IMG/VR virus record: IMGVR_UViG_3300028454_001166
Coordinates: 1-64,000 of that record
Strand: one strand, 5' to 3'
Source of the DNA: a virus
Lineage: Duplodnaviria > Caudoviricetes
DNA length: 64,000 nt
Under the pieces are notes generated by a model. That model did no database searches, was not told the DNA's origin, and saw nothing but the letters and a program-made list of their open reading frames with translations. Positions 8,924-17,412 of the stretch are shown piece after piece. Made by a program: the position numbers and the translations under genes. Positions within the stretch are counted from its first letter, which is position 1; each line of letters begins with the position of its first letter.

Positions 8924-9163
8924 ATGAATTTCAAGTGTAGTATAACAAGGCAGAAATGTCAAATCGATGATTTTGAATTTGACAATGTGTTATGCCCTTT
9001 TTATAAAAGTGGAAACTACCGGTACAAACCCACAGAAGGGAATTTCCATTACGATCCTTCCAAAGGCGAACAGAGAACGGTTTTCTGTTTTGATGATACT
9101 TGCAGGTTTTATGGGATAAAACGGTCAGAGGAAATCAAAGGCCGAGACTGGCTGGATAAATAA
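8924..9163 (+). CDS. Small Cys-rich hypothetical protein
   Basis: GGAGG RBS, ATG 8924; AT-rich ORF inside the tRNA island. Confidence 0.6.
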   Translation: MNFKCSITRQKCQIDDFEFDNVLCPFYKSGNYRYKPTEGNFHYDPSKGEQRTVFCFDDTCRFYGIKRSEEIKGRDWLDK

Positions 9164-9166
9164 TAT

Positions 9167-9239
9167 CGCGCGGTAGAGCAGAGGTCAGCTCGCCAGCTTC
9201 ATAAGCTGGAGGTCGCAGGTCCGAATCCTGCCCGCGCAA
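9167..9239 (+). tRNA. Initiator-like tRNA-Met(CAT)
   Basis: C1:A72 mismatch (CGCGCGG/CCGCGCA), CCAGC-TT CAT AA-GCTGG; lacks the 3 G-C anticodon-stem pairs; T-loop TCCGAAT. Confidence 0.8.
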
Positions 9240-9244
9240 TCAAA

Positions 9245-9535
9245 TTGATCCGGAAGCGATACAGGAGATACAGGATCGCCCATCTGGTCCGTTGCCATCA
9301 AAAGGGATGGAGGTAAATAGTTCCGTAGTCCTTACTGCGGAGCTTCCGTACAACGGCGTTATGACCCTACCGGCACGTAAGATCGGGGAACGTACATAGA
9401 GGGTTGATAATATACGACGGCTGGTTATAGAAGGTACGGAACGACGGTCCGCCAAGGGCTTTGTGCGAAGTCCGCGCTGGTGGCAACGTGCGTAGAAGCG
9501 ACTGTCGTTTTCGGGGAAGTCCTACCCGGCCCCAT
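9245..9535 (+). ncRNA. Putative ~290-nt structured ncRNA
   Basis: No credible ORF; TTCCGTAC/GTACGGAA, AACGACGGTC/GACTGTCGTT and several nested hairpins. Confidence 0.5.
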
Positions 9536-9554
9536 CTGAGAATGAGGAAAGAAA

Positions 9555-9986
9555 ATGAACACACTGAAAGTCGAAGCCCTACTTGCAAAGAAGTATGGCT
9601 ATAAACGTCTTCCCGGTGATTTGTCCGAAAAGTACCGGCAGTATTTTCATGAGAACATTCCGAGTTGGCTGAAGATTGAGGGAGAAACCAGACCTCTTTA
9701 TACCGTGAAGGGATCGAAAGTGTGCGATTTCTATGACAGGATCGTCATTGGAGATTACGGAGCGTTCATTGAGTTCTTTGCCGAACCGGAAGAAACGCAC
9801 TTCATTATCCAACCCGGTCAGGAATACAGGGTGAATGATCCGAGGTACAGCAACAACGTGAAGTATATCTGGATGACAGTTGATGATGGATCCGGAATCA
9901 AGATTTACAGACAGAGAAAAACCGTAACCTATGCAGACTACCTTCCGGACCGGTATTATGTGAGTGTGCATGAAGTAACGGCTTGA
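9555..9986 (+). CDS. Hypothetical phage protein
   Basis: 143-aa ORF with GAGG RBS; RIVIGDYGAFIEF motif. Confidence 0.75.
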   Translation: MNTLKVEALLAKKYGYKRLPGDLSEKYRQYFHENIPSWLKIEGETRPLYTVKGSKVCDFYDRIVIGDYGAFIEFFAEPEETHFIIQPGQEYRVNDPRYSNNVKYIWMTVDDGSGIKIYRQRKTVTYADYLPDRYYVSVHEVTA

Positions 9987-9991
9987 AATTC

Positions 9992-10010
9992 GGGGGATTA
10001 GCGTAATGGT
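9992..10010 (+). pseudogene. Orphaned original 5' end of tRNA-Gln
   Basis: GGGGGAT-TA-GCGT-AATGGT pairs with ATCCCCT at 10813-10819. Confidence 0.7.
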
Positions 10011-10764
10011 TGGAATTTATAAATTCACAAATGTAATTGATGGTAAGTCTTATATTGGAAAAAGCAAAAATATAACCAGAAGATATAATCACCATAAGCG
10101 TTTGGCTGGCGGTGAAGCAGATGGCTTTAATCTATATGTAGACTCTGTTATGCGAGAAGTGGGATTCCATAATTTTGAGTTTATGGTACTTGAAGAGTGC
10201 CATCCAGAAGAACTCGATGAGAAGGAAAAATATTATATAAAAAAGTTTAACACCTTAATTCCGAACGGATACAATATAAGTTTTGGGGGAAGAGGAGGAA
10301 GGTTTCAATCCATAAAATCATTTGAAGAAATAAAAGAAATCCAGAGGTTATTGAGCGATACAGTTTTATCGGAAGCAGAGATAGGGCGGAAATTTGGGGT
10401 TACAGATGTTACTATTTCATATATAAATGTTGGAAAAATATGGAAAAACGAAAATGTGAGTTATCCAATAAGAACCTTAAGCCTAAATCGTATAATCACT
10501 CCGGTACATTGTGAACGATGCGGGAAAGCAATACATAAAAGAAATAAATTCCATTTATGCCAGAGCTGTTATTCAAAAAAGAAAGGCGAGCACATTCCGC
10601 CGAAAGAGTTGTTATTTGAGGAACTGATGGGATCAAGTTTTGAAGCGGTCGGTAGAAAATATGGTGTGACGGGAAACGCTGTAAAAAAATGGTGCGAGAA
10701 GTATGGTTTACCGAATCACGCCTATGAATATCGAAAACTACGAGATTTGAGGGATAAACATTAA
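10006..10764 (+). CDS. Free-standing GIY-YIG homing endonuclease
   Basis: GIYKFTN...YIGKS...RR, E..YI..FNT..PNGYNI; C-terminal HTH and CxxC..CxxC; AT-rich. Confidence 0.9.
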   Translation: MVGIYKFTNVIDGKSYIGKSKNITRRYNHHKRLAGGEADGFNLYVDSVMREVGFHNFEFMVLEECHPEELDEKEKYYIKKFNTLIPNGYNISFGGRGGRFQSIKSFEEIKEIQRLLSDTVLSEAEIGRKFGVTDVTISYINVGKIWKNENVSYPIRTLSLNRIITPVHCERCGKAIHKRNKFHLCQSCYSKKKGEHIPPKELLFEELMGSSFEAVGRKYGVTGNAVKKWCEKYGLPNHAYEYRKLRDLRDKH

Positions 10765-10820
10765 TGGTAATGTGCATGACTTTGAATCATGAAAAGAAGG
10801 TTCGATTCCTTCATCCCCTG
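10749..10820 (+). tRNA. tRNA-Gln(TTG), 5' half supplied by the end of the GIY-YIG ORF
   Basis: GAGGGAT-AA-ACAT-TAATGGTA-ATGT-G-CATGA-CT TTG AA-TCATG-AAAA-GAAGG-TTCGATT-CCTTC-ATCCCCT-G. Confidence 0.75.
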
Positions 10821-10856
10821 TTTAACTTGCAACCAACTTGCAACTAACTTGCAACC

Positions 10857-11105
10857 TTGAAAGGGGGTGATCCTACTGTGGACGGAGCAGGTAACGAGTT
10901 TCCGTTGACTATATCGCCGCCCGGAATTGATGAAATCATCGAATCTCTAAAGGGAGTAGGGATTGAAGTTGTTCCGGGCGAATCAACAGAGTATGTTATC
11001 GCTGAAGAACCGGATGGTAAGCGGTACAAACTTCCGAAGGATTTCAATATCTTCACGAATCCGATTAAGATTCCGATTGAAGAAAATGGAGGTGGGAAGA
11101 TATGA
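10857..11105 (+). CDS. Hypothetical protein (start uncertain)
   Basis: ORF overlapping the start of the next gene. Confidence 0.45.
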   Translation: MKGGDPTVDGAGNEFPLTISPPGIDEIIESLKGVGIEVVPGESTEYVIAEEPDGKRYKLPKDFNIFTNPIKIPIEENGGGKI

Positions 11106-11539
11106 TCTATACAGAGATTAAGGAAGACCTGTTTGAGGTTCCGGATCATTATTATTTAGCGCATTGTATTAACGGCAACTATACGCTTGGCGCAGGAATC
11201 GCAAGATCATTCGCCGATAGAATGAACATGAGGTATCATCTTGTGTCACAGTATCCGATTAAGGCCGGGGAACAGTATAAGTATATTGGAAAAGCTCTTC
11301 TTGTGGGACGTGTATTTAATCTTGTTACAAAAGCATTCCATTATAACAAGCCAACCTATGAATCGCTCCGATCTGCATTGAATGATATGCACGATCAATG
11401 TGAGGAACTTGGAATCAAGTATCTTGCCATGCCAAAGATTGGTTGCGGCCTTGACAGGCTCGATTGGAGCAAGGTGGGCGTGATGATCCGAGAAATCTTC
11501 AGTGATTTGGATATTGAAATTCTGGTGTGTTATATATAA
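11102..11539 (+). CDS. Macrodomain protein (Poa1p/TARG1/DarG-like ADP-ribose hydrolase)
   Basis: LAHCI...LGAGIA..F, FNLVTK, LAMPKIGCGLDRLDW. Confidence 0.85.
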   Translation: MIYTEIKEDLFEVPDHYYLAHCINGNYTLGAGIARSFADRMNMRYHLVSQYPIKAGEQYKYIGKALLVGRVFNLVTKAFHYNKPTYESLRSALNDMHDQCEELGIKYLAMPKIGCGLDRLDWSKVGVMIREIFSDLDIEILVCYI

Positions 11540-11555
11540 GCGAATAATATGTGGT

Positions 11556-11656
11556 GTATGCCCATGCCGAAAAGCGACGATAGTTGCCGGAGAATCGATC
11601 AACCCGACAGAGAAAAGGCGGCATACGTTTACTGAGCGTGAGGGGGACTCAGTAAG
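11556..11656 (+). ncRNA. Putative structured intergenic RNA
   Basis: GTATGCC/GGCATAC closing a multi-stem junction, then TTACTGAG/CTCAGTAA hairpin. Confidence 0.35.
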
Positions 11657-11667
11657 CTAAAGAAATC

Positions 11668-11817
11668 ATGACATACTATACAAAACGCTATTTTCTCGGA
11701 ATACCTATATATTCTGTGATTCATTATCCTCGAAAATGTGTAATAACTTTCTTCGATAAATTTTTGATGGAACACGGAATTGATGTTCCCGAAGAATATG
11801 AACCGTGGATGAGTTAA
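11668..11817 (+). CDS. Small hypothetical protein (49 aa)
   Basis: MTYYTKRYFLGIPIY...; weak RBS; followed by 12-bp inverted repeat. Confidence 0.35.
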   Translation: MTYYTKRYFLGIPIYSVIHYPRKCVITFFDKFLMEHGIDVPEEYEPWMS

Positions 11818-11900
11818 AAAATCTTTAATTACATCCGGGATGACTGGCTGTAATTAAAGAAAAAGACCGATTTCTTTAATTAAGATGAAAGGTGAACCAC

Positions 11901-12128
11901 ATGGCTGTTCAGAGATTGTACGGGTATATAATCGTATGTAACCGGTGTGGCAAGCAATCTGAGTATATCGGGAGACAGCCTCTGACTGATGATGACATTC
12001 AGAAATTAAGTCCGGATTGGCAGTTTATAGAAGACAAGAGGTTCCCGGCGTATAAGAATATCTGCCCAGCTTGCCTTATTAAAGATAGAGGTCAAAATAG
12101 TGAAGAAAAGAATAACGGTCATCCTTGA
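11901..12128 (+). CDS. Small zinc-finger-like protein
   Basis: CNRC...CPAC; AAGGTG RBS. Confidence 0.65.
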   Translation: MAVQRLYGYIIVCNRCGKQSEYIGRQPLTDDDIQKLSPDWQFIEDKRFPAYKNICPACLIKDRGQNSEEKNNGHP

Positions 12129-12585
12129 ATATGAGAATGAAGATGAAACCGATCTTTTGAATTTGGATCGATTCATAATTGATGACCTTGAGACGGAATT
12201 AAACTGCTGTTCGCATTTCTTTGAGATCAAATCTATCGACATTGAGGAGGATAAAATGGCCGATTGGCACGAAGATTACAGCGACCGGTTTGACGAGCTT
12301 CGGAAACATCGGGTAGAACTGAGCCATTACAAATATGGATCAGTCCGAAAGAATTACCGTACTGGTAACATTGATGCTATCGCCACGATGAAGAAGTGCG
12401 TCGATAAGTACCGGGCCACGGGCAACACTGAGTACCTTTGCGATGGGGCGAATTACCTCATGTTCGAATTCATGTTTCCGCAAGTTCCGGGGGCCTACTT
12501 CCGGGCCACCGATTCAAGTGAGTCTGCTGGTATCGTTGGTATCAGCGAAAAAGAAATGGAAGAACTGAAGAAGGAGGATTTCTAA
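12100..12585 (+). CDS. Hypothetical phage protein; strong internal start at 12256
   Basis: GAGGAGG before MADWHEDY; SHYKYG...TGNTEYLCDGANYLMFEF motif. Confidence 0.7.
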   Translation: MKKRITVILEYENEDETDLLNLDRFIIDDLETELNCCSHFFEIKSIDIEEDKMADWHEDYSDRFDELRKHRVELSHYKYGSVRKNYRTGNIDAIATMKKCVDKYRATGNTEYLCDGANYLMFEFMFPQVPGAYFRATDSSESAGIVGISEKEMEELKKEDF

Positions 12586-12586
12586 A

Positions 12587-12838
12587 ATGAAACGCACAAG
12601 GATCTTTGCAGCGGCGTGTCTTGCCGCATTGATGCTCTCTGCTGCGTCGTGCAACCGGGGGATCACCGACTTCCACCAGAAGTTCGATTATGCCTTCATT
12701 TACTTCGGCGACAAGATCGTCGTTGAGGGTGAGGTCGAAAAATGGTGGGACTATGACAGCAGCGACATGGTTCAGGTTCAGATCGATGGGAAAGTTTATC
12801 TGACCCACTCCGCCAATGTTCTGCTCGTCCAGAAATAA
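12587..12838 (+). CDS. Putative lipoprotein
   Basis: Basic/hydrophobic signal ending LSAASC. Confidence 0.65.
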   Translation: MKRTRIFAAACLAALMLSAASCNRGITDFHQKFDYAFIYFGDKIVVEGEVEKWWDYDSSDMVQVQIDGKVYLTHSANVLLVQK

Positions 12839-12850
12839 GGGGAGGCGAGT

Positions 12851-13285
12851 GTGGGGCCGGAAAGAGATTACAGAGTCATTGCCATAGACTTTGACAACAC
12901 CCTGTTCATAACCGAGTATCCGGAAATCATCGCCCCGATTGACCCGATCATCGAAAGGGCGAAGAAACACAAAGAGGGTGGAGACAAGCTCATTCTATGG
13001 ACGTGCAGAGAAGGCCCAGAGCTTGAGGCCGCTATACAGGCTTGCCGGGAGCAGGGGTTGAAGTTTGATGCTGTGAACGACAACCTCCCTGAACTGAAAG
13101 AGTTCTGGGGGACTAACCCGAGGAAGATAGGGGCCGACGAATATTGGGACGATAAGAACCAATCTGCACTGGCTCTTATTTGGGATTGGGAAATCCGAAA
13201 AAGACTTGAATTTCCGCGAGGCGAATATGGAGAACGAAAGAAAGAAAAAGGTTTTAATCTCCCAGCCGATGGCTACGAAGACTGA
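12851..13285 (+). CDS. HAD-superfamily phosphatase
   Basis: IAIDFDNTL, ILWTCRE, RKIGADEYWDDK. Confidence 0.85.
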   Translation: MGPERDYRVIAIDFDNTLFITEYPEIIAPIDPIIERAKKHKEGGDKLILWTCREGPELEAAIQACREQGLKFDAVNDNLPELKEFWGTNPRKIGADEYWDDKNQSALALIWDWEIRKRLEFPRGEYGERKKEKGFNLPADGYED

Positions 13286-13568
13286 TTTTGAGATCGAAGA
13301 GGCGAGGGCAAGAGCTACCCGTGTTCTTGAAGAAAAAGGATATGAGGTGGCAAATACCTTATTTGACGGTGAATGGTATAATCCCACGAATATGCACAAC
13401 AGGGGCGTGGTCTTTATCCCGTTGTGTTTCCTCGCAAAATCCCTTGAAGCCATGAGTCAGTGTCATGCGGTTTATTTCTGTAAGGGGTGGGAGAACGCTC
13501 GTGGATGTAAAATCGAACATGAAGCCGCTGTCCAGTACGGACTGACGATTTTCTACGAGGAGGGCTGA
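13227..13568 (+). CDS. DUF4406-like (nucleoside deoxyribosyltransferase-fold) protein
   Basis: LISQPM...VYFCKGWENARGCKIEHEAA. Confidence 0.75.
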   Translation: MENERKKKVLISQPMATKTDFEIEEARARATRVLEEKGYEVANTLFDGEWYNPTNMHNRGVVFIPLCFLAKSLEAMSQCHAVYFCKGWENARGCKIEHEAAVQYGLTIFYEEG

Positions 13569-14307
13569 ATGCATTTTATTGCCTCTTGCTCATTCGGTAA
13601 AGACAGCCTCGCAATGGTTCTTCTTTTAATTGAAAAGAAATACCCGCTTAACGAAGTCGTATTTTTCGATACCGGGATGGAGTTTCAAGCGATCTACAAT
13701 AACAGGGACAAACTAAAACCGATTCTCATGGAACACGGTATTAAATTCACAGAAATAAAACCCCGAACCCCATTCCTGTACAATATGCTCGAGCGTCCGG
13801 TATGCGGCCCGAACGGCCCGCATACCGGGTATGGATGGTGCGGCGGGGTGTGCCGATGGGGGACCGAAGAGAAAACGCGTAGTCTCGATAAAGCGGTTAT
13901 CCCCCCCCCCAGAACGGCATTATATCGGTATCGCGGCGGATGAATCGCAACGACTGGCCCGCCTTGTCCTTCCGAAAGTGGCGCCTCTTGCCGATTGGGG
14001 TATAACAGAACAGGGCGCGCTTGCATATTGCTATGGTAACGGATGGAATTGGAACGAACCGTCCCCTGTTACCGAAACCGGGTACATCGATTTATACGCC
14101 ATTATGGATAGGGTGTCCTGCTGGTGTTGTGCAAACAAAAACCGGAAAGAGCTAAAAAATATCTGGCGGTATCTTCCCGATTATTGGCGAAAGTTAAAAT
14201 ACCTTCAAAGCCGAATTGAACGTCCTATGAAAAGCTATTGCAACAAGAAATACGGAAAGTACGGGAACCTTTTCGAGCTCGAAAAAGTATTTATAGAGGA
14301 GGACTAA
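13569..14307 (+). pseudogene. PAPS-reductase-family (PP-loop) protein, frameshifted at C10 tract 13901-13910
   Basis: SCSFGKDS, FFDTGME in frame 1; YIGIAADE..R, DRVSCWCC in frame 2; C9 restores the frame. Confidence 0.8.
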
Positions 14308-14444
14308 GTGGAAAAACGTGAAGAAGTGCTGGAAAAAGCCATGATTTCTCAGCCTATGGCCGGGCTGACAGACTTTGAAATCGAGGATGTAAAATCGAAC
14401 ATGAAGCGGCGGTGGCCTACGGGTTGGAGATCATCTACGAATAA
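14308..14444 (+). pseudogene. Internally deleted paralogue of the 13227-13568 gene
   Basis: ISQPMAGLTDFEIE joined out of frame to GCKIEHEAAVAYGLEIIYE. Confidence 0.75.
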
Positions 14445-14456
14445 AGGAGAGACGCT

Positions 14457-15158
14457 ATGAGCATCAAAATCGAAAACATTCTCGGCCCGTCCATTGATCA
14501 GTGGCAGTCAGCCATCAGAGGAATGCGGAACCCTCTGAACAGTTGGGCGAAGTCCGACACGACGTGGGACATGATCGAAGATCCAGAGCCCATCAATCCG
14601 GAGGACATGGTGTACATCAAGATCGGAGAAAACGATCTTGACCTCATGCGGCGGCTTGCAAAAGCCGGAAGCGACCACCGGAAGTACCTCCGGATGCTTC
14701 CCGTGATGATGGATGTAACGGCCCCCCTCTTCTGGTGGAAGGAATACGACACCTATAAAGTGGGAACCGTCGCCAACTCCTGCTCCACCATGCACACGAT
14801 CCACATGAGCGAGTTCACGCTTGACGATTTCAGCCTTGAAACCTGCCGGGATACGGAAAAGCAGGTTCAGGCGCATTTGTTCGGATTAAAGCCATACATT
14901 GGCATGATGGTAGACATGCTGAACAAGGCGCGTGAGGGCTATTTGAAAACGGGGGATGAAGTATTCTGGCGGTACATGATCGAGCTGCTTCCGGCTTCCT
15001 TCAATCAGAAGCGGACCCTGTTCCTGAATTATGAGGTCCTCTGGAACATGTATCAGGCCCGGAAGAACCACAAGTTGAAAGAGTGGCGTGAGTTCTGTTC
15101 AACGATATGGGAGCAGGTCCCGTATTTCCGCACCATCTTCGAGGAGGACTCGAAATGA
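14457..15158 (+). CDS. ThyX-like (flavin-dependent thymidylate synthase fold) phage protein
   Basis: DHRKYLRM, APLFWWKEYDTYKVGT..NSCSTMH, LLPASFNQKR, RKNHKLKEW. Confidence 0.6.
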   Translation: MSIKIENILGPSIDQWQSAIRGMRNPLNSWAKSDTTWDMIEDPEPINPEDMVYIKIGENDLDLMRRLAKAGSDHRKYLRMLPVMMDVTAPLFWWKEYDTYKVGTVANSCSTMHTIHMSEFTLDDFSLETCRDTEKQVQAHLFGLKPYIGMMVDMLNKAREGYLKTGDEVFWRYMIELLPASFNQKRTLFLNYEVLWNMYQARKNHKLKEWREFCSTIWEQVPYFRTIFEEDSK

Positions 15159-15409
15159 TCCTTGTTTCGCTCCTTTTATTTTCGGTAGGCGTCCTTGTGC
15201 TGACCGGGGCTGGGATGGCCTACACATACAAGGGAACCCGGTATAGCGGGATCGATTCAGTGCTCGACAGCGAAAGAAAAAAGTACGACGAAAAGGACCA
15301 TCGAATGTACGCTATTTTGTCCGGGTTATCTTACGCCGGGTTTTCGGTTGGCGCAGTTGCCATTTTCGTGGCGATGGTCATGTTTTTCCTCGCCATTTCA
15401 ACTAAGTGA
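15155..15409 (+). CDS. Small 2-TM membrane protein
   Basis: GAGGAGG RBS; two hydrophobic segments. Confidence 0.65.
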   Translation: MILVSLLLFSVGVLVLTGAGMAYTYKGTRYSGIDSVLDSERKKYDEKDHRMYAILSGLSYAGFSVGAVAIFVAMVMFFLAISTK

Positions 15410-15421
15410 GGAGGTGAGACT

Positions 15422-15664
15422 GTGGCGCTGATGTCTATCGTGTTCCTTGTCATTTCCGCGGTTTGCTTCATTTCCGCAATCGTGATAAGGGTCTACCGGG
15501 CGCGGCATTACCGGGACCTCTACGACCCACTTTTGATGCACAGGGTTACCCGTGACGACTTTATGAGGGACGCACGGCTGTGGGACTTGCAGACTAACCT
15601 AACCATGGCCGGGGGGTTCTTCCTCGTTTCGGCGGGACTTACACTCTTGGGGTGGGTCGCATGA
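15422..15664 (+). CDS. Small 2-TM membrane protein
   Basis: GAGGAGG RBS; two hydrophobic segments. Confidence 0.65.
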   Translation: MALMSIVFLVISAVCFISAIVIRVYRARHYRDLYDPLLMHRVTRDDFMRDARLWDLQTNLTMAGGFFLVSAGLTLLGWVA

Positions 15665-16086
15665 ACAAAGAGCCAGAGAAGACCATCCGTCTTACCATGA
15701 CGGAGGATGATGCAAGGCTCGTGGCGAAAGCCTGTGAGTTCTACGCCCGGATAGCCTACGGCCAGTTTACCGAGATCGCCTACAACTTCCTTGATCTGAG
15801 CTTGCCCGTGGACGAATTCTGCAAACGGCGCGATGAAATGGAAGACCTGCTTTTCCGCGCCCGCGCGATCCTGTACCCTGATTTGGGGCGGCACGTCGGA
15901 ACGTCCTACGGATACGGGAGATTCAAGTACGCGGACAAGGCCTTCGACGTGTACCAGCTTCTCCGGCTTGCCTACGGTGATAACCGGTATCCGCTTCTCA
16001 CTGCGCCTTACCCTAACGTGGAGTTGAAGGTCGGGAACGAGTGGAAGAAGCTCGCATTCGGTCCGCGCAGAATGCGGTGGGAATAA
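15661..16086 (+). CDS. Hypothetical phage protein
   Basis: ATGA overlap; ACEFYARIAYGQF motif. Confidence 0.7.
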   Translation: MNKEPEKTIRLTMTEDDARLVAKACEFYARIAYGQFTEIAYNFLDLSLPVDEFCKRRDEMEDLLFRARAILYPDLGRHVGTSYGYGRFKYADKAFDVYQLLRLAYGDNRYPLLTAPYPNVELKVGNEWKKLAFGPRRMRWE

Positions 16087-16097
16087 AAGGATAGATC

Positions 16098-16452
16098 ATG
16101 GATACTGAGCTTGAAGAAAAAGCCTGTCCGTTCTGTGGACAGTTGATAATGTGCGGGCCTGATGTAAAGCCAGAACGACTTTGCCGGTGCGCCGAGGCCG
16201 TGCGGTATGCGGCTGACGAGGAAACTCTTGAAGATATGCAGACCCTTCTCTATGAGCTTTTTGGAGACAAATGTCAGGATTGTTCCAAATCTTTTTATTC
16301 CTGTAGGAGAAGAAGAGCTGTCCGCTTTGAATCATGTGATCGTGCTGGTGTCCGCTGGTCTGTTCACCAAGGCAGTTATCACCCTTCAGGACGGTTCTCA
16401 GTGCATCGTAAAGAAGGATGCGGTTACGAGAAAGATTACAATTAAGGGGTGA
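16098..16452 (+). CDS. Zn-ribbon hypothetical protein, probably frameshifted near 16280
   Basis: CPFCGQ..CRC N-terminus; more protein-like continuation VPNLFIPVGEEEL... lies in another frame ending 16452. Confidence 0.5.
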
Positions 16453-16458
16453 AATAAA

Positions 16459-16758
16459 ATGTATCCCAATAAACAAAAAGAATCTTATGAGAAGCCTGAA
16501 ATGGAGGTACTTCTTCCTGAGAGAGGTTCGAGTGTTCTCCGGCCAGTTGAACCATGGGAAATCCCTATGCGTGGTCGTCCTTGCAAGATTACATATAAAG
16601 ATGAGACCACTTCAATGGGAAGGTTCATTGCGTTTGCGACTGATTTCATGGAACTGCAAGATGGTATAGGACAATACCCTGTCGCCATTGTTGAGCTTGA
16701 AGACGGAACCGTTCAAGTGGTCTATGTTGAACAGGTTCAGTTCATGGACCGGAGATAA
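16459..16758 (+). CDS. Hypothetical phage protein
   Basis: GQYPVAIVELEDGTV motif. Confidence 0.7.
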   Translation: MYPNKQKESYEKPEMEVLLPERGSSVLRPVEPWEIPMRGRPCKITYKDETTSMGRFIAFATDFMELQDGIGQYPVAIVELEDGTVQVVYVEQVQFMDRR

Positions 16759-16776
16759 AAATCGGAGGTAACGATA

Positions 16777-17232
16777 ATGTCGAGACTGATTATTGATCTT
16801 CCGGACGATCAGGAATTTGAGAAGTCCGTTCAGAACGCTTACGAGGCTATGGCAAAACAGATGGTTCGGAACGCTGTAGACAAGGCTATGGAGGAAGAGC
16901 TGGGGAGGGTGGTCAACGGTAGGATCAGCAAGTATCTTGAGGCGTTTGGAAACCCAAAGCTGGTCTCTATCATCGATAACGCTATGACGTCTGCCCTTCA
17001 TATCGAGGTCGAGAGAGCCATTGCGAAGTGCGCGGCAAACGAAGCGCTGATCCGCAGATCCGCGGAAAAAGTGTACGAGGATAATCTTGCATACGCCATG
17101 CGGTTCAACGGGGAGAGCGTTCAAGATTACCTCGCCCGCAAGATAAACGAGTACATCGAGGATGCCTTTGAAAAGAAGCTGAAAGCCCAGCTTCCGGGGG
17201 CCATCAAGGAAGCGTTCGGATCGCTGAAATAA
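16777..17232 (+). CDS. Hypothetical helical protein
   Basis: GGAGG RBS, 151 aa. Confidence 0.7.
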   Translation: MSRLIIDLPDDQEFEKSVQNAYEAMAKQMVRNAVDKAMEEELGRVVNGRISKYLEAFGNPKLVSIIDNAMTSALHIEVERAIAKCAANEALIRRSAEKVYEDNLAYAMRFNGESVQDYLARKINEYIEDAFEKKLKAQLPGAIKEAFGSLK

Positions 17233-17412
17233 GCCCGGTTTCCCGTCAAAACAGGGGGACCGGTTACAATGTAGGGACAAGGTAAACCACATTTACCTCG
17301 GCCTCGAAAGGAGGGGCAAACAAGTGAGCATTGAAAACCGCAAAAAGACACCACCGGGAGAACGTGGGAAGGGCCGCATGGCGACCCATTGGAACGGAGA
17401 ACGGAGGCTTGT

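Noticed and set aside
10006-10764. Group I intron in tRNA-Gln
   Set aside because: The ORF fills the whole insert from repeat to repeat, leaving no sequence for a ribozyme core; the site is the D-loop, not the anticodon loop
7938-10820. Stop-codon reassignment / suppressor tRNAs
   Set aside because: No CTA, TTA or TCA anticodon found; genes are intact in the standard code and TGA is a common true stop here
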